A DNA stretch of 64,000 bases, taken from positions 24,856 to 88,855 of the forward strand of contig JAQGDQ010000840.1 in NCBI GenBank assembly GCA_030141605.1, in the 5' to 3' direction. The notes below the pieces were generated by a model that saw nothing but the letters and a program-made list of their open reading frames with translations, had not been told where the DNA came from and did no database searches. The stretch is from Tubiluchus corallicola (taxonomy: Eukaryota > Animalia > Priapulida). Each line of letters begins with the position of its first letter. The first letter of the stretch is position 1. Of the stretch, positions 1 to 14,087 are shown in pieces. The translations under genes were made by a program, and so were the position numbers.

Positions 1-373
1 AACAAAGTGTAGTTCGTGTTTGATTTCACTTCCCAAACAGTATGAGCAGATACGATTCTCAGCTGGGATTTTTCTAGTTTTATAAGTTATAAGTTACAAG
101 TTTATTTATTTCCACTCTGCATTACTGCAGAGGTTTGAAGCATTGTCATCAGCTTCTGTTTTTTCTATTTGTGTTGTTCTTGTTAGCCGCCCCTTTTGAT
201 TTCTAAGTTTTGGTTTTGTTGTTTCTTTCTCAAAATTTCTTCAGTGTCCGTTTTCTAGTCCTTACCGGCATCACAGATGGCGGGGCCGTAGGGCTATCTA
301 CCGGGTCGAAACCCGGAACAATATTTTACCCAATAAATTATAAATTATATCATTGTACAACATTGGCAGAAAG

Positions 374-735
<362 letters not shown>

Positions 736-1496
736 ATTCAGCGGATCAAATTGTTTGGTAGCAAAACTCAATTACGTAAGATTAAGCTGACGTTAAGTAC
801 CGACGCATACACCATAATCAACAGGTAAGAAGTCATAAAGACCAGTAATAATGCATAATCCTCCAGCACGACCAGGTCACGTGATCCGAGATAAACGCTT
901 TAAACGTTCATCAAAAACACCGCTAAACTTTTAACCAATCAGAAGAGTCAACTTCCGTCAGGCAAGCTCAAGTTTCAGTGCAGAAAGCTCAGAGATCATT
1001 GAATTCGCTGAGATCTCAGTATAGAAAGCTTAGAGTCGATTCTGTACAGATCCAGGAACTTGCGCGTGACTCCAGACAATTTCCCCAGATTTACTGAGAG
1101 AATAAACTCATTTGAATGCAGCGGCTGGTGACTTGGTGCCTTTGTCCGCGTCATCATTCGTGCGCTTGCAAAACTAATCGTCTGTCAGCGTCTGTAAAGC
1201 TTTGATAAGAAGTAAACAATAAAGCACGCGTTCTCTTGATGGTAGTGTGACATACAGTTGGTTTATTTAACGGTTTTTTGTCGTTGAAATGAATCATTTG
1301 CTAGGCTATATGCTTTACATAAACACGGTCTCCATAATAGGAATGGAAACACATTATTCAGCAAGTCTTCAAATCTTTGCACTTTTTGACATTTTTTAAG
1401 CAAACTTCCGGGCAATTAATCGGTCTAACATCAATCGATTGCTGATCGCTAATCGATTAGTCGTTTCTTGCGTAGGCTTGTTTTTAACCTTTATTG

Positions 1497-2311
1497 TTAG
1501 ATTAGAATTGAACTTGTAAAGTTAGTCACATCTAAAGTATCACAAGTACAGATTAGAATGGAACTTGTAAAGTTAGTCACATCTAAAGTGTCACAAGTAC
1601 AGATTAGAATTGAACTTGTAAAGTTAGTCACATCTAAAGTGTCATAAGTACAGATTAGAATTGAACTTGTAAAGTTAGTCATATCTAAAGTGTCATAAGT
1701 ACAGATTAGAATTGCACTTGTAAAGTTAGTTACATCTAAACTATCATAAGTACAGATTAGAATTGAACTTGTAAAGTTAGTTACATCTAAAGTGTCATAA
1801 GTACAGATTAGAATTGAACTTGTAAAGTTAGTCACATCTAAAGTGTCATAAGTACAGATTAGAATTGAACTTGTAAAGTTAGTTACATCTAAACTATCAT
1901 AAGTACAGATTAGAATTGAACTTGTAAAGTTAGTTACATCTAAAGTGTCATAAGTCCAGGTCAGAATTGAACTTGTAAAGTTAGTCACATCTAAAGTGTC
2001 ATAAGTACAGATTAGAATTGAACTTGTAAAGTTAGTCACATCTAAAGTGTCATAAGTACAGATTAGAATTGAACTTGTAAAGTTAGTTACATCTAAACTA
2101 TCATAAGTACAGATTGGAATTGAACTTGTAAAGTTAGTCACATCTAAAGTATCACAAGTACAGATTAGAATTGAACTTGTAAAGTTAGTCACATCTAAAG
2201 TATCATAAGTACAGGTCAGAATTGAACTTGTAAAGTTAGTCACATCTAAACTATCACATCTAAAGTGTCATAGGTACAGATTAGAATTGAACTTGTAAAG
2301 TTAGTCACATC
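1497..2311. repeat. 51-bp minisatellite, about 16 copies
   Basis: Unit TTAGAATTGAACTTGTAAAGTTAGTCACATCTAAAGTGTCATAAGTACAGA; gives a 17-aa periodic spurious ORF. Confidence 0.95.
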
Positions 2312-2417
2312 ATTTTTTTATTATCCCCGCTTGTTCAACCTACCCCAGTCTCACCTACAATGTGTTTACACCTCCCTCCAAGTAAAATGGAAAACAAAAA
2401 AGCATAAATAAAAGCGG

Positions 2418-2610
2418 CAGCCAACCCTCGTTACAACGCCCCCCCCCCGCCTGATAATGTCAACCTCGCTTAACGTCCAAATTTTTGCAAAAGAAACGTC
2501 TATGTTTGCATTGACATATATGTCATAATGTACCTCGTTACAACGTCTATGTTTGCATTGACACATATGTCATAATGTACCTCGTTACAATGCTAAATTG
2601 ACTTAACGTC
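2418..2610 (+). mobile_element. Tc1/mariner (pogo/Tigger-like) MITE end fragment
   Basis: CAGCCAACCCTCGTTACAACG resembles the TIR CAGTCAACCCTCGTTAAAC of the MITE at 59653; internal ~46-bp duplication. Confidence 0.4.
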
Positions 2611-3354
2611 ACTTTACAGCCCCAAAGTAAATTACATAAAGCATGTGGCTTTGATAGTACTTACTGACACCTAATCAGGTCTAATATGAAAAGGAATCGT
2701 GTTTATCAATAAGGGGAACCTTTTTAGGTGCAATTAAATCTACGAGTAGTTCTTTCATAACAATCATCATCTTTCAAGGACCTGTTCCAATAACAATCAA
2801 CCCCTGGATCAACTCGCTCTCTCACGCCTACCATTTACTCTATGCAGCAGTCAGCTGAAGCATGAAACGTTATTAATTACACCAGTTTGACATGGGCTGG
2901 TAATGAAACATCACATTGCTATTACGTTTCAAGACAGTCATCAATTTAAGCCCTGCAGACATCAAAGGAAGCCGCCTCGATGCGTGAGAGGGCGCTCGAA
3001 AGTGTTCGTATGACAGGTTCGAATAGAAGCAGAAAATAGGCAAATCATGAAGAACTACAGGCCAAGGTACCTCCAGCAATGGAGCACCCGTCAAAGGACA
3101 AACGACTGTCAGTCAAAGCCCAACAGTCAAAGAACCACATGTAAAAGATTCACCCGGAAAGTCAAAGTCCCACAAGTCTAAGGACCACAATAGACAGCAT
3201 GTTCTTCTTTTATTTAAGTCAGGAAAACTGTATTGATTTCTATCATCAACAAACCAAATATTCTCGTGTGATGGAACAGAAATGATACAGCATGGCACGA
3301 TACGCGTTATTCCTGTGTGATGGTAAGGTACTCAAGCCAACCGTTAAAGAAAGC

Positions 3355-3710
3355 TTCACTTTTGTTACAATCACAGCAGCCCCTAAAGGGAGTTTCACTT
3401 CTGCTAGACTCACTGCAGCCCCTAAAGGGAGTTTCACTATTGCTAGACACACTGCAGCTCTCAAACGCAGTTTCACTATTGCTGGACTCACTGCAGCTCT
3501 GAAAGGGAGTGTTGCATGCACTGTTTCCACATAAAGTTTAGCTAAAAGGCATACTTGACCCTTACAGGTTGCCATCACTGCAGCTCTTAAAGGGAGTTTC
3601 ACTACTGCTAGATCACTGCAGCTCTCAAAGGGAGTGTTGCATGCACTGTTTTCACCTAAAGTTCTGCTAAAAGGCATACTTGACTCTTATAGGTTGCTCT
3701 CACTGCTTGT
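3355..3710. repeat. Degenerate 39-bp minisatellite with a ~126-bp higher-order duplication
   Basis: Unit approx CACTGCAGCYCYTAAAGGGAGTTTCACTATTGCTAGACT; 3488-3580 recurs at 3614-3706. Confidence 0.8.
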
Positions 3711-4449
3711 AAATTCTCACCTGCGTTTTTAAGCTTGTTTCACAGCAGAGAGTCAAGGACGCTGCTCCCTCATTACTGCCCCCTAATGCAGGACTTTTTG
3801 ACCTCATTTCCGGATTAAGAGGTTCCCATTTAGTGCCTCTTTTTAGCGGCCACATTGGGAGGAGTCACCGCGAACTGGTGAGGGAACAATGTCTGCATTA
3901 AGAGAGGTGGATTTTGTGAATTTACTGCAAAACCATAAAAACCCGTTTTTTGTGAAAATTTATATTTTTATTTAAAGCAACGCAGCGGTAAATTGAGGCT
4001 TTAGCAAATATTTCTGTAACAACAACATCTCGCTAAAGATTTCTGCACTTTACAAAACTTCAATCATTACTTCTTTAGAATATAGGTGGCGCTTTAACAA
4101 ACGCGATTAGAAGCAAGTTTAGCAGCAGGAGGACATAAGAGACCACGTGTTTGGGAAACAAATTTACATTGTTTTCACGTTTTAAAATAATTTCGCTTAT
4201 GATATGATTTCTTAGATAACAATATATAATTAAACATGTTTTTAAATCACGTTTTTTTAATTACTGCGTTCAGGGATGTTGTACTTAAAAAATAGATACT
4301 ACACAAAGACTTACAAATGTACTTCACGCCTTAAAAACATCAAAAAATAAATGCGTGAATTTTTAACATAATTATACTCGCTATACCTTTGTTATTTATT
4401 TACTACATGTCCTGCTTGATAGATGCTATGGTATTGTCAAGATTATTGT

Positions 4450-4925
4450 CGTCATCATCATCATCATCATCGTCGTCGTCATCATCATCATCATCGTCGT
4501 CATCATCATCATCATCATCAGTAGAAATATCAGCAGCAACATCATTACCAGAACCACCACGATCACATTGTCATCAACATCTTAATCGTCGTCATAATCG
4601 TCATCATTGTCATCGTCATCATCATCATCTTCACCATCGCCACAACCATCATCACCATCACAATCATCGTCACAATGATCATCGTCGTCATCATCATCGT
4701 CTTCATGATGATCAATTTATCGTCATTTGTTATATTAGGTGAAACTGATTATCGCCATCATCTTCACCATCGCCACTACCATCATCACCATCATAACCAT
4801 CGTCACAATCATCATCATTATCATCGCCGACTACATAATGATTAATTTGTCATCTTAAGTAGTAACTGTCATAATATTCATCATTTACATCATCGTCATC
4901 ATCATTGTCATCATGATTATCGTCA
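4450..4925. repeat. (CAT/CGT)n degenerate trinucleotide repeat
   Basis: Low-complexity TCA/TCG runs. Confidence 0.9.
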
Positions 4926-5052
4926 CAAAAGTTGATTGTAGTTGCATAACTGCATAATTATCTTCTTATCTAACCTAATGGTTACCTGTATCGTTAACAG
5001 TTGCATATCTCGCAGAAATATTCAGCTCATAAAGTATCAACACCAATCATGC

Positions 5053-5066
5053 GTCGCCATGGCAAC
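5053..5066. promoter_or_regulatory. RFX X-box motif GTCGCCATGGCAAC
   Basis: Near-palindromic match to the RFX consensus GTYRCCATGGYAAC, about 30 bp into the putative first intron. Confidence 0.55.
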
Positions 5067-5096
5067 AGTGTAAACAATATAATTCCAAAATCTTAC

Positions 5097-5141
5097 CTGA
5101 TCCTCAAGACAATAATAGCAGTTTGATATTCCAGCACCCAT
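5097..5141 (-). CDS. Putative first coding exon (MGAGISNCYYCLEDQ) of a gene continuing leftwards; N-myristoylation motif
   Basis: ATG in strong Kozak context (GTCATGG) with an in-frame upstream stop. 15 codons end at a consensus donor CAG|GTAAGA. MGxxxS motif; promoter motifs upstream. Confidence 0.5.
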
Positions 5142-5339
5142 GACAATTCAGCTTCCTATCATAACATGATAATTCCACATTTTTTCCAGTCTAAAGACGT
5201 TTTTTTCTATGTCTGTCACACAAACGCACTAACAAAACCGTTCCACTCCACACTCTCATCCGATCCGGTACCTGTCCGTCCGGAATTGTCGGATTCAGCA
5301 GCAGCAGCAGCAGCAGGTGAACATGATCTAGACAGCTGC

Positions 5340-5489
5340 CACGTGGTTTTGTTGGCCTGATTTATAGACTGGTACGGCACGTCTATTTGTCGTTTTCATG
5401 AAGGTATCAGTAGCATATTTGTAGCGCTTTGTGTGAGCAACGTAACTGAGGTTAAGTGTGACATCTTTGGTATTTTGCTGCGCATGCGC
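5340..5489 (-). promoter_or_regulatory. Promoter-like motif cluster: E-box CACGTG, TATAAA on minus strand (~5361-5366), NRF1-type GCGCATGCGC (5480-5489)
   Basis: Motifs read directly, in a locally GC/CpG-richer patch upstream of the 5097-5141 exon. Confidence 0.45.
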
Positions 5490-5629
5490 AGAAATAATAG
5501 TGTTTAGCATTCAATTAAATAAATAAATACATTTCAAAATTACACGAACATATCAAACATGCAAAAGCTGCAGAAAGTTATTATACAAATTAGCCTACAA
5601 TGTTGGTAATTTAATTATTACAACAATAA

Positions 5630-5960
5630 ATTTGTTGTTTTTGATTTTGTTGCTGTTGTTGTTTTTTTTTTGTTTTTGATTTTGTTGCTGTTGTTGTTTT
5701 TGTTGTTGTTGTTGTTGTTGTTGTTGTTTTTGTTGCTGTTGTTGTTGTTGCTGTTGTTGTTGTTGGTGGTGGTGTTGTTGTTGATGTTGTTGTTGTTGTT
5801 GTCGTCGTCGTTGTTGTTGTTGTTATTGCTGTTGCTGCTGCTACTACTGTCGTTGTTGTTGTTGTTGTTGTCGTCGTCATCGTCGTCGTCGTCGTTGTTA
5901 ATTTTGCTGCTGTTGTTGTTGTCGTCGTCGTCATCGTCATCGTCGTCGTCGTCGTTGCTA
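5630..5960. repeat. (GTT/GTC/GCT)n compound microsatellite
   Basis: Trinucleotide runs; explains the poly-T/N/L ORFs. Confidence 0.95.
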
Positions 5961-8900
5961 TAACTCAACTACTAATTTTTGGAAGCTAAAGTAGCTAAAT
6001 TAGTCAGGACAGAAATTAAAATTCACAAAAGACGTTTAAAACATTTAGCTATTTAAATCGTAATAATCATAACATTTGTGAATTATCATTATTTAATATT
6101 ATTCATTATTTAATTTAAACTTTTTGTTCAACAAAAAAATTTTCTTTTTGCACTTAATAAGACACACAGCAAGGAAGTACCCAGTACTTGGTGATAACGT
6201 GTGGCAGGACTGGATCTTAGCTGTTTTTAAATGCAAATCCTCTGACATGAAGTATTGCATCAGCAAAAGTGTTTTGACTATGTTCTATTGCAGGTGCTTC
6301 GTCAAAACGAGAAGCAGTAGAGGGCACCTATCTATTTACAGATCGGATTTGCATTGCCTAATGTCCGTCGTTTAAGAACATGCAAAATCTGTCAAAATCG
6401 TTTTGTCAAGCAAAGATTTCTCCGGGTCTACGAGATTGAAAAATGCTGTTTTACCAAGTTGTTGCACACAGATTTTTTATCAAAATAGGCATAATTTTCT
6501 CTCATCTTACTCCGTGTGCGGGCTCACCTACAAAACATTCAGCAGAAAATACAAGATCTGACCAATAAAAAGCGATTATTTAGTCACGTGTCATCTAATA
6601 ATTATTTGTTTAGGTTTCTAATTCTACAGTTTGCTTCAGGCTTCAGTGTGCGGGCGTTTTTTTCAAAATTATTTTGTTTACCTAAATTAAGATTAATAAT
6701 TAGTCGGTTGCAGATTAAATAGGTTCTTGTACTTGCCAAGCAGAATCAACACGAGGACGGTAGCTTCCTGAAATGAGTTGAATCTAAAGATCCGTTCACA
6801 CTATAAGAACAGTAGAATCACTGCGCACAATCCAATACCAAATAAAAACCATCAAGAATCACGCGCCACAAAAGTGTAAACTGAAGTAACAACACTTCGA
6901 TTTCCCCTAAAATACCTACGTCACGTCGTTTCAGTTGGTTGAATCTGAATTAGGAAGAGGATGAATCCCGGTTTCTGGAAGATCATTCTGCGTCCTCAAA
7001 AAGTGGCAGAAGCTGTGGCGTATCCATCTTGAAGTAAACAATATGGGGTGTTCTCTTGCAACATTTTTCCGAAGTCTCTGAGAACCTTAGTGTGATATGA
7101 AATTTTAGGCTATTTTTCAGTTGGAAATAAAACTGTTACTTTGTATGAAATAAATTTATAAGTGAGATTACAGTAACAGTTAGTCACTGTAGCCAAGACA
7201 GGCAGTGTAACCACCTGATCATTGCTAACTAGCCACGGTGATCGTAGCGCCGCCACGCGGAGGGTTGTGCTCTCTCTCTAATCCTCGCTGACACGTGCAA
7301 AATTAAACAAACACGTATATATACAGTGGAGAGAGTCGAGACGAAAGACGCACCGATTTCAAAACAAATCAACGGGAATTCGACGAGTAAAACCCGGTCA
7401 CTGTAACGGAATTATCAGCTGCTGGACTGATGTAGCTGGACGGATTCACAAAGATGATCCAAAAAACTCCACAAAGAACAAGAAAAGGGGTATCTGGAGT
7501 AGGTTTCAGAAAATCTTCTTAAACTTAACTATGTTACTAACTGTAAAATATTCCAATGTACACATGACTTTATATTATGTACTAAACGCTTCCAGTAGTT
7601 TCTATCTGATATAAAATGCATCATTCTTAAATAATCGTACATTAATATTTACTAACCGTCATTTTTTACTAATGTCTAATGTATCACTGTAGTAAAACTT
7701 TAGTATACTAAAAACTAAGTATAGTCTATTCTTACTGTAAATGTTCTTATAAATAGTGTATAAAGTCTGTTGTGGTGAGGATCTTAAATCATGTTGTACA
7801 AACCGTCTGATCCAATCCTAAATAAATTATGTTTAAACTAAATCTTCTTAAATAATTTTATTACTTTAAAGCAATTTTATGCAAATATCATACTCGCGTG
7901 GAAAGGAATTTTTGTTTTCATTTTAAATCTCCTACAATACTGTTATATGATGACACCATGCAAACGTAAATCAGGGGAAGAAAAAGCAATGTTAAATTAT
8001 GTCCCAAAAACTTTCCATGCAAATCTATATTACTTAGTATTTCTCTTATCTGCTGTTGAGACTTATGTAACTAGAAATAGTAATTTAAAATGTTCGTTCC
8101 AATTTAGGGTGCGCCACTCACTAACCAGGAAAAGTAGTTTTAATCTCATTAACAAGATACAGTAATTTAGAACTTTACTTGGCAAGTAGCAGGTGTGTTA
8201 AGAATGCTCTGACTTTTTTTTCAAACTTTACTCAATGATATCAAAACTTGTAAACTTGTAGGTTGTTGTAAACGACCTACTATTAAAATTGTTAGGACTA
8301 GCGGTCGTCGTGAGAGTTTACATTTACAAGTTTTATACAACATTACTGACGACGCAAGCCTGCACGCAAAAAGGCAGATGTAAGAAGTAATAAATTTCAA
8401 GACGAATGTGGAGGGTTTTCTTGTGCTATTAAATTTTGCTGTTCTAAATGTTGGCTAGAAAATTGTCTTAATCTAACTTTCTAACTGTAACTTTTTCATA
8501 TTAATAAACTTTACTTAATATTTTCTACTAACTTGATCTATTATCTTAATTTGGCTCACAGACATAATTTATTGTATTAATTAAGTTTGCCTGTGAAAAT
8601 GAATTTGTCCCATTGTCACTTCTGCCAAAATTAATCAGTTATAGATTATTTAGATCTTCCGTCTAGTTTATGTTGTCTACTTTTATGATAATGCAAATTC
8701 CAACATATTTTATAAGTGCAAAAACATTTTTCAAACGTTTTTTTTACAATGTTATTTACTATAAAATATGTAGCATTGTATACTTTAAAGATTTAATACT
8801 TTTATTAAACAAACATAACGTGTCTTGGGGTACTCTCCATTTTGACAATTGTAATCAACTGTAAGCCAAAATCTTCAAAAATAATGGCTTGACCATATAC

Positions 8901-9854
8901 TGAAGCAATAAAAAAATCTTTGGAATCATTGTTTAATAAAAGTATTAAGTTTTATAATATTATATTGTCCTGTCTTCACACGGTCTACACAGTTTAGGAC
9001 AAAATAAGTTATGTACTCAGAAATTGTTTCATTTTTTTCTAATTTGTAACAACGTTATAATTGCGCCTAACTTTGTTTAATGATTTTGAAATTTTTCGTA
9101 TTATTTCCCATTTGAACGTGTCGTTTTTGGTGTGTTTTCATGAGATGAAGTTTTTTCAACTTCGAATTCAAAGTTTCTTTCTCTTTAGTTAAGAAGATAT
9201 TCTCTCACCGGTTGGAAAATTTCTTGCTATAAACTCTTTGACCAATTATTATTTGACCGGTGGTCAATAGCGCATGAAACACTTTGATCCAGACCGTCAA
9301 ATCACCTCAGTACCTCATTTCTCTTGTTTACTGTTTGGTAATTAGCTAGAGGGTTCGCCTCCAGCCCATCTGCCTCGGGGAAGAAGTGTCATTGTCTTTC
9401 CTTTCTGCTGCGGGTTACAAAGAAGAGATTACAGAAAAGTGTGTGTAAAACAAACAGCGGGGTAAACCCACCCCCTGGGGTCTTTGTCATCAATTTAGTT
9501 AACATCAGAAGTTGGTGTAAATTTACTGTTCTCTGTGAAACGTAGAACACGTAACTTTTGTGTTCTTTTGACCTTTACACACGAATAAATGTTCTCTGTG
9601 AAAATCCATGAATTTTCTTTGCAAAACCTACAGAAGTTTGAGAAAATCACTCGAGTTTTATTTCATTCATTGCTTTTTCTAGGACGTGTGTTTTTTTCTG
9701 TTTTTCCGTTTAGCTTCATTTCAAAGGAGGCGGCATGTAACATGTAAAGGGTTTAATAAGAAAGAGGGATCTCTGAGGAGAGTAATTAGACGAGAGTGAG
9801 AGTATTGTTAAAACTTTTGTATTAAAAAATATTACCCTTTTGCAAGTAAAAAGA

Positions 9855-9966
9855 AAGAAAGAGAGAGAGACATAGAGAGAGAGAGGGAGAGAGAAAGAAA
9901 GAGAGAGAGAGAGAGAGAGACAGAGAAAGAGGGAGAGAGAGAGAAGAGAAGAGCGCGAGAGAGAGA
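9855..9966. repeat. (GA)n-rich microsatellite
   Basis: Interrupted GA run. Confidence 0.9.
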
Positions 9967-11699
9967 TTATTATTGTTTTACAATTATTTATTTAAAATTT
10001 AAAATTACACACATGTACAATATTTACAAATATACAATACAGAGACCCTCTATTTGTAGGCTATTGTTATCTAACATTTAAAAAACTTTTGTAAGTAAAA
10101 AGTAACTGTTACATTCATAAAACTTTAATATACCAATAAATCACGGATTTCGTTCCTCAAATTAATATAAAAGAACAAATAAAATCAAATAGCGCCAGTT
10201 TATGCAAAACCACTTGTATAATCTAATGGTGACTAGAAACAGAAAAATATGTCTACAAATTTGTGCTGTTACGCAAAGTTTAATATTTTATACTAAAGTT
10301 TGCAAAACGGATCACAAACTGAAAGCATCTAGCAGGTGTAAATTTTACTAATGTTCTGAGATTGTAGGATATTTGCGAGCGCTAATCTTCTATTTTCATC
10401 TAAAAGAGGGGGAGACAAAAGTATGCTCATCGCGTTTTTCGACTAAAGCAACATTTTTACTTGTATTTCCATTTATTTCTTTTTGTGCGCAGCAGAGGGC
10501 AGCAGCTTCCAATCTCAAAACTTGTAGTCACTCGAGTGTCGCGTGTTGTGCAAGAGGTGGCAGCAGTAAACTACTTGAAGTAATTGTATTCACTGAGCAA
10601 CAGTGATCATTATAAAATGTGTGAAATGCAGAGAGGAATGGAGTAAAATAAACTTGCGAATATGACAGATTTTGAACTTTAATTTTACAATTTTTTTGAG
10701 AAGTTGATCTTTTTAACAAACTGTTATATTCATAAAATTGCTTTCTTTACTGTTATGCTTAATGATGAAATAAATATTTTTATTAAATTCTCTACTTCAA
10801 ATATGACTAGAGATAGAAACGTCTAAAAGATCGGACATTAAGCTGGATTTGAACCAAAGACCTCGAAATACAAACTCAAATTATCTAATCAGCAAACTAC
10901 GCTTGTTTCTTGTGATTAAAGCAGGTTTTTAATTTTTTCTAGTGTTATAGTTTGCTATATATTGCTATATGATAGTGTTATAATATTAAACCAGGTTTTA
11001 TCCTGGTCACAAGTAACTGAGTGGTCTAAGTGTTTACGTGATCGTAACTCAAACATTCAATAAAGTGAGAGTGTTTTCTGTAATTCATCAATTATAAACA
11101 CGTTTCATTTATAAATTTACAACTTATTTACGTAATTGTGGAGTAGATTCACATTGTAGTTTCACAAGATAAAACAAGGTACCAGAAGAAACTATATAAA
11201 AGCAAACAACACTAATTTAGTACCAGCTACAATAAATTTAATAATTGTTTAATGTCGTCATTATTACATTGTTATTTTGTTGTTACAAAAACAACATAAG
11301 AAATGAATCACACTGAATATTCGCAAAATATTTACAATGTAATACAATTAAAAATTTTCTCAAATTCTCAATTTTGTTCATTACTCTAAACATCGATCTA
11401 AATTTTACATTAGACTGAGAACTTTCTTACACTATTAATTGTAATGTAATAGTGTTCAGTACCGTCAGCCTCTCTATATGCTGTCCACTATATTCTAACA
11501 TTATTTAAAATCTACCTCAGCAGTACCGGAAATCTACCCCAGCAGTACAAGAAATCTACTTAAGCAGAAACAGTTGTAATCCTACCGTCTCATAACACAT
11601 AACAGTGAAGCCATAACTTATTCAATTATTTACAATTATTCTTCTGAACTTTCTAGTGTTGAATCAGCATCAACAGAGAGCAAGAGCTGAACTACATTC

Positions 11700-14082
<2,383 letters not shown>

Positions 14083-14087
<5 letters not shown>

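Noticed and set aside
751-1170. Possible solo LTR (TG start, AATAAA near the end, CA end)
   Set aside because: No convincing target-site duplication or second copy is visible.
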